From an uncultured Thermoleophilia bacterium (GTDB lineage Bacteria > Actinomycetota > Thermoleophilia > UBA2241), in assembly GCA_963791345.1 (NCBI GenBank), contig CAWBRS010000021.1, positions 208,225 through 272,224 on the forward strand: 64,000 nucleotides of DNA. Reading direction: 5' to 3'. Below the pieces are notes generated by a model, which did not search any database, was not told the origin of the DNA, and saw only the letters and a program-made list of their open reading frames with translations. Below are positions 9,251-17,418 of this stretch, one piece after another. Each line of letters starts with the position of its first letter. Within the stretch, counting starts at the first letter, position 1. Position numbers and translations under genes: made by a program.

Positions 9251-10946
9251 ATGAGAAGGCACATCCTTACCCTTGCGGTCCTGGCGCTGCTGTGCGCCGC
9301 CGTCTGGCCGGCGGCCGCGGCGGCCGGCGACCAGGGGCTCGGCGCCGCCGTCGACGAGAGCGTCGTCGTGGCGCTCGACGCCGCCGAGGGCGAGGCGGTG
9401 CCCGTCATCGTGTTCGCCCCCGGCCACCTCGGCGACGTCGGCGCGCAGCTGCCGAAGGGCGTCGAGGTGACGGAGCTCGCCGCCGTCGACGCCGTCGCCG
9501 TGTGGCTGAGCGCGCGGCGAGATCGCCGAGCTCGGCGACGAGCCGTGGGTCGAGTACATCGTCGCCGACAACCCCGTCTACGGGATCGGCGTCGCCGCGA
9601 TGGACGTGACCAACCTCGCCATCGGGCTCGGCGACCTCGCCGCGCTCGGGGCCGACGCCCCCGCCGGGCGCGGCGTCACCGTCGCCGTGATCGACAGCGG
9701 CGTCACCGTGCACGACGACCTCGGCGACGAGCGCCTGGTCGGCTGGCGCGACTTCGTGAAGCGCCGGAAGGAGCCGTACGACGACGCCGGCCACGGCACC
9801 TTCGTCGCCGGCCTCATCGCCGGCGACGGCAGCGCCTCGCTGCCGCTCGACGAGGGCGGCTTCGCCACCGTGCAGTTCCGCGGCGTCGCACCGGCCGCCG
9901 ACATCGTCGCCGTCAAGGTCCTCGACAAGTTCGGCCGCGGCCGCGCCTCGAGCCTGATCGCCGGCATCCTCTGGGCGGTCGAGCAGCGCGACGCCCTCGG
10001 CATCGACGTCATGAACATCTCGGTCGCCGGCACGCCGGCCGGCCCGGTCGAGGTGGACCCTGTGGCGCAGGCCGTGCGGACCGCCTGGGAGGCCGGGATC
10101 ACGGTCGTCTGCGCGGCCGGCAACGAGGGCGAGTTCGGCCTCGGCGGCATCCTCAGCCCCGGCAACGAACCGCACGTGATCACCGTCGGGGCCACCGACA
10201 CCAAGGAGACACCCGAGGTGGCCGACGACCGCGTCGCCGCCTACAGCTCCTACGGCCCGACCCTGTACGACGAGTACGCCAAGCCCGACCTCGTCGCCCC
10301 GGGCAACCGCAACATCTCGCTGCGCACGCCGGGCAGCTACATCGACAAGACCTTCCCCGAGAACGTCATCCCCGTGGAGGACTACTGGGACGCGGACGCC
10401 CTGGCGGCGGTGTCGCCCGCGCCGGAGTCCGACTACCTCATGCTCTCCGGCACCAGCACGTCGGCACCGGTGGTCGCCGGCGCCGCCGCCCTGATGCTCG
10501 AGGACGACCCCGAGCTCACGCCCGACGACGTCAAGGTGCGCCTCATGGCGAGCGCCGACCCGGTGCCCGGTGACGGCGGGCGACGCCTACACGCCAGCAG
10601 GGCGCCGGCACGATCGACGTGCCCGAGGCGCTGTCGCTCGACGACCTGTACGCCGACGGCCCGGCGCTCTCGGCCGACCTCGGCGACGGCGACGACGATC
10701 CTGCCGACCGACGTGTACCTGAGCTGGGCGAAGTACGCCTGGACGAAGTACGCGTGGACGAAGTACGCGTGGAGCAAGTACGCCTGGACCAAGTACGCGT
10801 GGACGAAGTACGCCTGGACCAAGTACGCGTGGACGAAGTACGCCTGGACCAAGTACGCGTGGACGAAGTACGCCTGGACGAAGTACGCCTGGACCAAATA
10901 CGCGTGGACCAAGTACGCGTGGACGGTGCTGATCGAGGGGCAGTGA
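9251..10946 (+). CDS. Secreted subtilisin-like serine protease (peptidase S8) with a C-terminal (KYAWT)n repeat; frameshifted as sequenced
   Basis: Signal peptide MRRHILTLAVLALLCAAVWPAAAAAG and an I9-like propeptide are present. The catalytic triad motifs are VAVIDSGV, HGTFVAG and SGTSTSAPVVAG. The frame switches near 9515, 10575-10620 and 10690. Confidence 0.85.
10725..10926 (+). repeat. 15-bp tandem repeat, about 13.5 copies, with an underlying 30-bp alternation, encoding (KYAWT)n
   Basis: tgg-acg/acc-aag-tac-gcc/gcg is repeated in frame. Variation is almost entirely at synonymous third positions, with one Thr-to-Ser change. Confidence 0.95.
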
Positions 10947-12479
10947 CCGGGGTCGCTCAGAGCGAGCGTCCCGGCGAGACGGCCGCGCGCACGCACGCGG
11001 CCGTCTCGCTCTACGTCGCCCTCATCGCGACGGCCGCCGTCGCCGCGGGGCTGCTGGCGGTGCTCCGCGACCCGTCGCCGCTGCCTCTCGACCTGCGTCG
11101 CCTTCGTCGCCCTCGCGACGGTGACCGACCTGCGGGAGGTCCGCTTGCCGGTCGTCGGCGTCGTCACGCTCTCCTTCGTGCCGGTGCTCGCGGCGCTCAT
11201 CGTCTTCGGCCTCTGGCCGGCCCTGCTCGTCGCCGCCGTCTCCGGCCTCGCCACCGCGTGGTTCACCCGCGACCCGGTGAAGATCCTCTTCAACGCCGCC
11301 AACTACGCCCTGTCGACGTTCCTCGCCGGGCTCGTCTACCTGGCTCTCGTCCCGGCCGGCGAGCAGCTCCTCGACAAGGTCCTGCCGACCTTCGCCGCGA
11401 CCGCCGTGGACTTCTTCGCCAGCACCGTCATGCTCGCCGGCGTCGTCGCCATGGCCAGCGGCGAGCGCGCCCTGCGCATCTGGCGGCAGAACTACCAGTG
11501 GGGCCTGCCGAGCTACCTGACGGGCTCGACCATCGCCCTGCTCGTCGCCTGGCTCTACCTCGCCTTCGGCATCGCCGGCCTGATCCTCGTCCTGCCGCCG
11601 CTCTACCTCATCTACTACTCGTACGACATCTACGTGAAGCGCGTGCGCGACACGGCCGCCTTCGGCGCCGAGATCGCCTCCTTCAAGGAGGAGCTCGTCG
11701 CCTCGACCGCCCTCCACGACGAGCTCCGCGCCACGCAGACCAAGGTCGCCGCCGAGATCGAGCGCGCGCGCCGCATCCAGCACGACCTGCTGCCCGCGGC
11801 GGCCCCCGACGTGCCGGGCCTCGCCCTCGAGCAGCGGATCGAGTTCCTCGGCGAGATGGGCGGCGACTACTACGACTACCTCGACTTCGGCGACGGCCGC
11901 CTCGGGGTGGTCTGCGGCGACGTCATGGGCAAGGGCCTCGCCGCCGCCCTGATCATGGCGATGGCGCGCTCGCTCCTGCACGACGCCGTCGCCCCGGGGC
12001 GCTCGCCGGGCGACGTGCTGCACGACGTCAACGAGTCGCTCTCCCGCGACCTCGAGGGGCAGAGCCTCCCCTACTTCCTCACCCTCACCCTCCTCGCCTA
12101 CGACCCGGACGTCCGCACCGCCACGGTGGCGAGCGCGGGTCACAACCCCGTGCTGGTGCTGGGCGAGGACGGCGCGCGGCGCCTGCCGGCGCAGGGCGCC
12201 GTCCTCGGCGTGCGCGCCGGACTCGACTTCCCCGAGGACGTCATCGCCCTCGGCCCCGGGGACCGGCTGGCGCTCTACACCGACGGCCTGACCGAGGCGC
12301 GGGCGCCGGGCGGCGAGCTCTTCGGCGTCGACCGGCTGGAGGAGTCGCTGGCACGCTGCCGTGGCCGCAGCCTCGGCGACGCGCTCGGGGCGACCTGGGC
12401 TGAGGTCGCCGCCTTCCGCGGCGAGACGCCTGCCTCCGACGACGCCACCCTCCTGCTGCTGGAGGTGGCGGCGCGATGA
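10943..12479 (+). CDS. Membrane-anchored PP2C-family (SpoIIE/RsbU-like) serine phosphatase
   Basis: The part 11121-12479 is an intact 452-aa ORF with multiple TM helices, then RRIQHDLLP, GGDYYDY, VVCGDVMGKG, LYTDGLTEA and ASDDATLLLLEV. A likely N-terminal extension starts at the GTG at 10943, which overlaps the protease stop (GTGA), with one frame break near 11090. Confidence 0.75.
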
Positions 12480-13295
12480 AGACCATCGACGAGATCCGCC
12501 CCGACGAGCGCGAGGTGCAGGTGACGCCCGAGGACGGACCGCTGCCCTGCTCCCTGCACGTCTACCGCTACCGCCGCGCCGGCGGCCGCATCGAGGCGGT
12601 GGTCGGCGCCTACGACGCCGGGCTGCCCGAGGAGGACCTGATCGCCCAGGCCGACGAAGCGCTCGAGCGGGCGACCTTCATGTGTTACGCGGTCGCCCAG
12701 GCCGGGGACTTCGTCGAGGACGAGCTCTGCTTCGTCCCCTGCGGCGAGCACTGCGAGATCCTCAGCATCCACACCAACGGCTGGCAGCGTCACTACGGCG
12801 ACCACCGCCGCAGCCTGATCGAGATCCTCAGCGATCTCGCGGCGGCCGTCGCCTGCGGCCGCCTCCGGCTCCTCGACACCGACCAGCTCGCGGCCGAGGC
12901 CGCGGCCGGCGACGAGCTGCTGCACATGGCGATCGACGAGCCGCGCGCGCTGAGCAAGGCGCGGCGCGCGGTCGACGCCCGCCTCACTGCCGAGGGGCTC
13001 GACCCCGCCCTGCGGCGCACCACCCTCCTCCCCATCTCCGAGGCCGTCACCAACATGCTCCTCCACGGGGGCGGCTCGGGTGAGCTCACGTTGCGCCGCC
13101 TGCCCGACCGCCTGCGCGCCGTGGTCAGCGACCGCGGCCCCGGGCCTCAACTTCCTCAACTGGATCGAACCGCCCGACGTGAGCGGGCAGGCGTCCATGG
13201 GCTACGGCTTCAAGATCATCACCGAGAACCTCGACGTCGTCGGGCTGCACACGCGGCCCGCCGGCACCACTCTGCTCCTTGACCGTATCGTCTGA
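12476..13295 (+). CDS. RsbW/SpoIIAB-like anti-sigma-type serine kinase (HATPase_c_2) with an extra Cys-containing N-terminal domain; one frameshift
   Basis: The start overlaps the upstream stop (ATGA). The C-terminal half reads ISEAVTNMLLHGGGSGELTLRR..VSDRGPG | LNFLNWIEPPDVSGQASMGYGFKIITENLD..LLLDRIV, with a frame break near 13145. The N-terminal ~130 aa contain CFVPCGEHC. Confidence 0.7.
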
Positions 13296-13319
13296 CGAGG
13301 TAGGAAATCATGTTGCAGA
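13274..13319 (+). repeat. Copy A of a 46-nt imperfect direct repeat (kinase 3' end / RBS / STAS start)
   Basis: The core gaccgtatcgtctgacgaggtagg (13281-13304) is identical to 16334-16357. Confidence 0.9.
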
Positions 13320-13624
13320 CATCGATAGTCCCCGGTCCCGCCCCCACCATCTTCCTCGCCGGCGAGATGGACCTCGACTGCGCCGACGGGCTGCGCTCCG
13401 CCGTCGCGGGCGCCGCCCGCGGCGCCCAGGCCGTGACGCTCGACTTCAGCGGCGTCGAGTTCATCGACTCGTCGGGCACGGGCATCTTCGTGCGCCTCTG
13501 TCTCGATCTGAAGAGCCAGGGCGTGCCGGTGGTGGCCCGCAACCTGACCGCGCCCGTGCACGGCGTCTTCGAGATGCTGCGCGTGCGCGAGCTGGTCGGC
13601 GAGGACGTGCTGCCGGTCGCCTGA
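13310..13624 (+). CDS. STAS-domain anti-sigma-factor antagonist (RsbV/SpoIIAA-like)
   Basis: Intact 104-aa ORF. TLDFSGVEFIDSSGTGIFV carries the conserved phosphorylatable DSSG serine. A GAGGTAGG RBS precedes the start. Confidence 0.85.
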   Translation: MLQTSIVPGPAPTIFLAGEMDLDCADGLRSAVAGAARGAQAVTLDFSGVEFIDSSGTGIFVRLCLDLKSQGVPVVARNLTAPVHGVFEMLRVRELVGEDVLPVA

Positions 13625-13706
13625 GCGAGCGGACCGCCGAGCTGACGGGCCGCTCGAGACGACACCGGGGCGGGCCTCCGGGCCCGCCGCCTCCCGTGGG
13701 TGGCGA

Positions 13707-13748
13707 GACGGGCGGGGCGGCGAGCGTACGCTCGCCGCCCCGCCCGTC
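13707..13748. terminator. GC-rich hairpin between convergent genes
   Basis: Perfect 20-bp stem gacgggcggggcggcgagcg / cgctcgccgccccgcccgtc. Confidence 0.5.
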
Positions 13749-13766
13749 AGCGTCGCCGAGGCTCCC

Positions 13767-15005
13767 CTACTGACAGAAGGCCACCAGGAACTCGTCCCAG
13801 TTGGTCTGGGCACCGAAGGCCAGCGTCGTGCGGTAATCGGTCAGATTGTCGGCCGTGTAGCCCTTGAGCTGGGTCGCGGTGCTCGGCCACCAGATGGCGA
13901 CGCCCTTCGCCTTCGCGACCTTGCTCGAGCCGTTCGTCCAGTTGAGCGTGACATCGCTGGTCACGGCCGCCATCACCGCGTCGCACTTGGCCTTGATGAG
14001 CGCGTCGGCCACCTTGAGCTTGATCTGGTAGGCGGCGTCGTAGAGGTCCTTCTCGGTCTTGTCGGTGAACATCTGCGTGTTCTTCCACGCCGTGAGGTAG
14101 GCGCTCTTGTAGACCGGCAGTCCGGCCGTGAGGGCGATCGCCCACTGATCGACGGCCGTCTTCAAGGTGGTGAAGCGCGTGTCGAGCGCCAGCGACGAGT
14201 ACGTGATGCTGTCACCCAGGGCGGTCGCGGCGATCTTGTCGCTGACCTGCTGGGCGGTCATCGTCGGCGTGGCGCGGATCGCGCTGATGACCTGGTCGTA
14301 CTGGATGCCCTCCCAGTTGGTGTACTGCTCGGAGCCGGCCATCGCCTGGGCGTAGGGCTGCCAGTTCGCGGCGATCTCGATCATCTGGCGCTGGCAGCAG
14401 TCCCAAGCGACGGTATCGACGGCGCCGGCCGTCTGCATGGCGGTCACTTGCTCACCGTCGTCGAGGCTGTCGGCGCTGGTGTCGTCGCGCATGTTCCAGT
14501 ACTTGGGGAACCACATGTAGCCGTGGTCCCAGAAGACGAGCAGGTACCTGCTGGCCGGGCAGTTGGCCTTCGTCCAGCTGACGAAATCGCTGAGCGTCTG
14601 AGGGTCGCCCATGTTGCGCTCGCCCCAGTCGGCGACGGCGCTGGGCGCGTCGGGCAGCATGCCCTGGGTGCAGTAGAAGAGCTTGGTCGTCTGCCAGTCG
14701 CCGTACGTCGTGTCGTAGCCGGGCCCGCGGTCGGCGAGGGCGACGACATTGACATCCGCGTTGGAGCCCAGGGCGCTCAGCTCGTCCCTGAGGTCGAGGG
14801 TGACGTAGTTCTCAAGGTTGTTGTCGCCGACGATGTAGACCATCACCGTCCAGGCCTTGGAGGGCTGGGGGAACGTGGTGCTCGCCATCGCCCTGTCCGT
14901 CGTGACGGCGGCTGCGACGACCGTGGCGATCAAGGCGATCGCCGCCACCAGGACGATCGCCGTGGTGGTGGAGCCTCGGTTCGACTGAAGCCTTCTTCCG
15001 AACAT
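13767..15005 (-). CDS. Membrane-anchored clostripain-family cysteine peptidase (peptidase C11-like)
   Basis: Intact ORF. The start is taken at MFGRRLQ after GGAGGAGG. A TM anchor AIVLVAAIALIATVVAAAV is present. Family motifs are WTVMVYIVGDNNLE, LLVFWDHGY and VAWDCCQRQM (His/Cys dyad context). Confidence 0.75.
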   Translation of the reverse strand: MFGRRLQSNRGSTTTAIVLVAAIALIATVVAAAVTTDRAMASTTFPQPSKAWTVMVYIVGDNNLENYVTLDLRDELSALGSNADVNVVALADRGPGYDTTYGDWQTTKLFYCTQGMLPDAPSAVADWGERNMGDPQTLSDFVSWTKANCPASRYLLVFWDHGYMWFPKYWNMRDDTSADSLDDGEQVTAMQTAGAVDTVAWDCCQRQMIEIAANWQPYAQAMAGSEQYTNWEGIQYDQVISAIRATPTMTAQQVSDKIAATALGDSITYSSLALDTRFTTLKTAVDQWAIALTAGLPVYKSAYLTAWKNTQMFTDKTEKDLYDAAYQIKLKVADALIKAKCDAVMAAVTSDVTLNWTNGSSKVAKAKGVAIWWPSTATQLKGYTADNLTDYRTTLAFGAQTNWDEFLVAFCQ

Positions 15006-15191
15006 GGAATAGCCTCCTCCGTTGGACTGTCCACGACTCACACCCGCGTCGTCTCGTGACGACCTGGATCACTGGGGCAGTGTGATGATTCACCGGAGCG
15101 AGGAGCGCCGCAAGCACAGACTGACGCCGGTGTACGTATGAATGGTATCTTGGCGAAGGTTGCGTGAATGTAGGTACGGCAGGGGGGGATC

Positions 15192-16253
15192 GTGACCGTC
15201 ACGCACGAGTCAGAAGTAGCCGCGGGTGCCCGCTCCCCGAGCGACGACGAGTGCCTCGAGTGGCTGTGGCGGCGGCGATACTCGACCAACGGCCGAGACG
15301 CAGAGTGCCCACAGTGCGAGCGTCTGCGGCACCACCACCGCATTCGCAGCCGCCGCTCCTATGCCTGCGACCACTGTGGCCACCAGTTCTTCCCCACAGC
15401 GGGCACGCCGTTCGGCCGGTCGAGCACACCGCTGTCGACCTGGCTCGAGATCGCGCACCTGTTCATGACCGAGGCCGATGACGTCACCGCGAGAGAGATC
15501 CAGCGACGCTTTCGCCTCGAGTATCGCACCGCGCTGCGCGTCAAGGCGCGGCTGCGTGACGCGCTGGCCGATGCGACGGAGGCTCCACTCGTCACACACG
15601 CAGTCAACGACTTGTTCGGGCGTGCCGGAGCCAGACGACGAGCCTCTCGCGTGGACCCGCGTACGCGCGCCCGCGTGAACAACATCCGCGCCGTCGCCGC
15701 TCGTGTCTTCGCCCAGCGGGGCTTCGCCCACACGTGCGTGGCCGACATCGCCGCCCTGTGCGGTGAGTCCAGCGCCGTCATCCGACATCATTTCGGCAGC
15801 AAGGACGAGCTGCTCCACGCCGCCATGCTGTGGACCCAGGAGCAGGGTGCGACACGCCTGCGCGAGCTCATGCGCCGCGAGCGGGACCCCCGCCGGCGCC
15901 TTGAGGCCCTTCTTGAGATCGCGCTGCCCACCACCGACGAGATCAGAGACGAGTACCTGCTCTGGCTCGACGCGTGGGCGCGGTCACGCGGCGAGCGTCG
16001 CTTCGACCAAGAGGCGATCTTCTCGGTATGGCACAAGACCGTCGTCGCGGTGGTGCGAGAAGGTGAGGCCGCGGGTGTCTTTCGCCTCTCGCACCCGCCG
16101 GAGGACTTCGGCGACGCCTTCGTCGCGTTCGTCGACGGGCTGTCGTTCAAGGTGGTCGAGCACTATGCCGAGATGCCGCTCGATCGCGCGCAGCATCTGC
16201 TTCGGCAGTGGGTCGGCGATCAGTTGGGCCTGGTATCACCGCCCTCCGGGTAG
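15192..16253 (+). CDS. Fusion regulator: IS1595-type transposase zinc-ribbon/HTH N-terminus joined to a TetR/AcrR-family regulator
   Basis: Intact 353-aa ORF. The N-terminus ECLEWLWRRRY..CPQCE..YACDHCGHQFFPTAGTPFGRSSTPLSTWL..REIQRRFRLEYRTALRVKARLRDAL matches the N-terminal module of IS1595 transposases. No DDE domain is present. The C-terminal half carries the TetR HTH FAQRGFAHTCVADIAALCGESSAVIRHHFGSKDELL. Confidence 0.75.
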   Translation: MTVTHESEVAAGARSPSDDECLEWLWRRRYSTNGRDAECPQCERLRHHHRIRSRRSYACDHCGHQFFPTAGTPFGRSSTPLSTWLEIAHLFMTEADDVTAREIQRRFRLEYRTALRVKARLRDALADATEAPLVTHAVNDLFGRAGARRRASRVDPRTRARVNNIRAVAARVFAQRGFAHTCVADIAALCGESSAVIRHHFGSKDELLHAAMLWTQEQGATRLRELMRRERDPRRRLEALLEIALPTTDEIRDEYLLWLDAWARSRGERRFDQEAIFSVWHKTVVAVVREGEAAGVFRLSHPPEDFGDAFVAFVDGLSFKVVEHYAEMPLDRAQHLLRQWVGDQLGLVSPPSG

Positions 16254-16326
16254 TCGACGTGATCGGCTGAGCCGCGCCTCGGGCTCGGTGGTCGCCCGGC
16301 GGTGCGCACGCGGAGGGCGCCGCCTC

Positions 16327-16372
16327 GCTCCTCGACCGTATCGTCTGACGAGGTAGGGAACTATGTCTGCGA
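16327..16372 (+). repeat. Copy B of the 46-nt imperfect direct repeat; a remnant of a kinase 3' end, RBS and ATG
   Basis: It reads ..EGAASLLDRIV* then gaggtaggg..atg. About 39 of 46 nt are identical to 13274-13319. No STAS-like ORF follows. Confidence 0.85.
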
Positions 16373-16427
16373 CCCCGCCGCCCGCGCGTCAGGGCGGCGG
16401 CGCGGCCTCGTGCCGCCGCCCGGGGCC

Positions 16428-16841
16428 TCAGAGCGTGAAGGAGAGGCTCCCGGCGCCACCCGAGGTGTCGCCCGCCGCGTCGGCGGCCGGCTCCGCCGGG
16501 TCGGGCGTCGGCGTCGGCGACGCCGTAGGGGTCGGCGACGGGGAAGGCTCCACCTCTTCGAGGTAGAGCACGCCGGGGTAGTCCGCGAACTGCCTCGACC
16601 CGGCTTCGGGGTCCTGCCCGAGGACGACGGCATCGGGCACGGTCGCGGGGTCCAGGTCGCCGGGCATGACCTTCGGGACCAGCAGGAAGCCCGCGTCGGC
16701 CCACGCCTGGACCGCCTCGGCCACCGTCATGCCGACGACGTCAGGCGTGATGATGCCGCCCGGCTTGGCCTGGGCGTTGATCGTCGCGAAGAGCGCGGCC
16801 GCGGCCGCCCAGACGACGATCACGGTGATCCAGCGTCTCAT
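16428..16841 (-). CDS. Small secreted PASTA-like domain protein with a Pro/Thr-rich tail
   Basis: Intact 137-aa ORF with a GGGGGAGAGG RBS and signal/TM segment WITVIVVWAAAAALFA. PDVVGMTVAEAVQAWADAGF is PASTA-like. Confidence 0.6.
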   Translation of the reverse strand: MRRWITVIVVWAAAAALFATINAQAKPGGIITPDVVGMTVAEAVQAWADAGFLLVPKVMPGDLDPATVPDAVVLGQDPEAGSRQFADYPGVLYLEEVEPSPSPTPTASPTPTPDPAEPAADAAGDTSGGAGSLSFTL

Positions 16842-17008
16842 CCTCTCCCCCGATGCGCTCGCTCGCAGAGCTCATCCTGCCGCCCTCAGGCGTCGTCTTC
16901 AAGCGTCGACGTCCGAGAGAGGCGAAGGCACGCGGCGATCGCCGGGGGGCGGGGTCAAGTCCCGATGTGTCGTGTACGTCCTGAAGAAGCAATCCCGGCA
17001 GAAGAGCT

Positions 17009-17094
17009 TCCGGGAGTGTCACACGGCTACCGGAGCCACTGTCGCAGAGGAGCCGAAGCCGCGTCCGGGAGTGGAACACACCTGCCGGAGCCAC
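17009..17094. repeat. Two copies of a 31-nt motif spaced 55 nt apart, in the spacer beside tRNA-Phe
   Basis: tccgggagtgtcacacggctaccggagccac (17009-17039) versus tccgggagtggaacacacctgccggagccac (17064-17094), 26 of 31 identical. Confidence 0.8.
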
Positions 17095-17142
17095 GGTGGA
17101 AAGGATGTACCGGAACCGCACACGGGCGGCGGAGAGGGAAGC

Positions 17143-17218
17143 TGGTGGCGAGGCCCAGAGTCGAACTGGGGACACCATGATTTTCAGTCATGTGCTCTAC
17201 CAGCTGAGCTACCTCGCC
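17143..17218 (-). tRNA. tRNA-Phe (anticodon GAA) with encoded CCA
   Basis: The reverse complement is GGCGAGGTAGCTCAGCTGGTAGAGCACATGACTGAAAATCATGGTGTCCCCAGTTCGACTCTGGGCCTCGCCACCA. It forms a 7-bp acceptor stem, a D-arm GCTC/GAGC, an anticodon loop CTGAAAA and a T-loop TTCGACT. Confidence 0.95.
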
Positions 17219-17418
17219 ACCGAATGAATGAGGGCTCGATAGAGCCCGACCATGCTACCCGCGAGCCCCTGAGGGGGTCAACCGACGACGGAGGCTGACG
17301 AGACTGTCCGTGAGCGCAGACGGAAGACGGCGAAGGGGCGGCGGCTGCCTGCGCAGCCGCCGCCGCGCTTCGCCGTCCATCGTCAGTCGATCGCGGTCGA
17401 CCCGGCCCCGGCGCCGCC

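Noticed and set aside
10725-10926. The tandem repeat as a CRISPR array or minisatellite outside genes.
   Set aside because: The units are 15 bp with no spacers. They are in frame within the S8 protease ORF and encode a perfectly periodic peptide.
15192-15560. An IS1595-family insertion sequence.
   Set aside because: Only the N-terminal zinc-ribbon/HTH module is present. There is no DDE domain and no terminal inverted repeats, and the ORF continues in frame into a TetR regulator. It is a domesticated domain, not a mobile element.
16363-16566. ORF 16363-16566(+), which starts at the ATG of repeat copy B, as a second STAS/antagonist gene.
   Set aside because: Its translation (MSATPPPARQGGGAAS...) has no STAS features. 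It is antisense to the well-supported PASTA gene and runs through a terminator-like hairpin at 16400-16429.
13300-17220. A genomic island integrated at tRNA-Phe, suggested by accessory-looking genes, a transposase-derived domain and lower-GC spacers.
   Set aside because: There is no integrase or recombinase. I could not see a direct repeat of the tRNA 3' end anywhere in the window. Coding GC looks like the rest of the contig.
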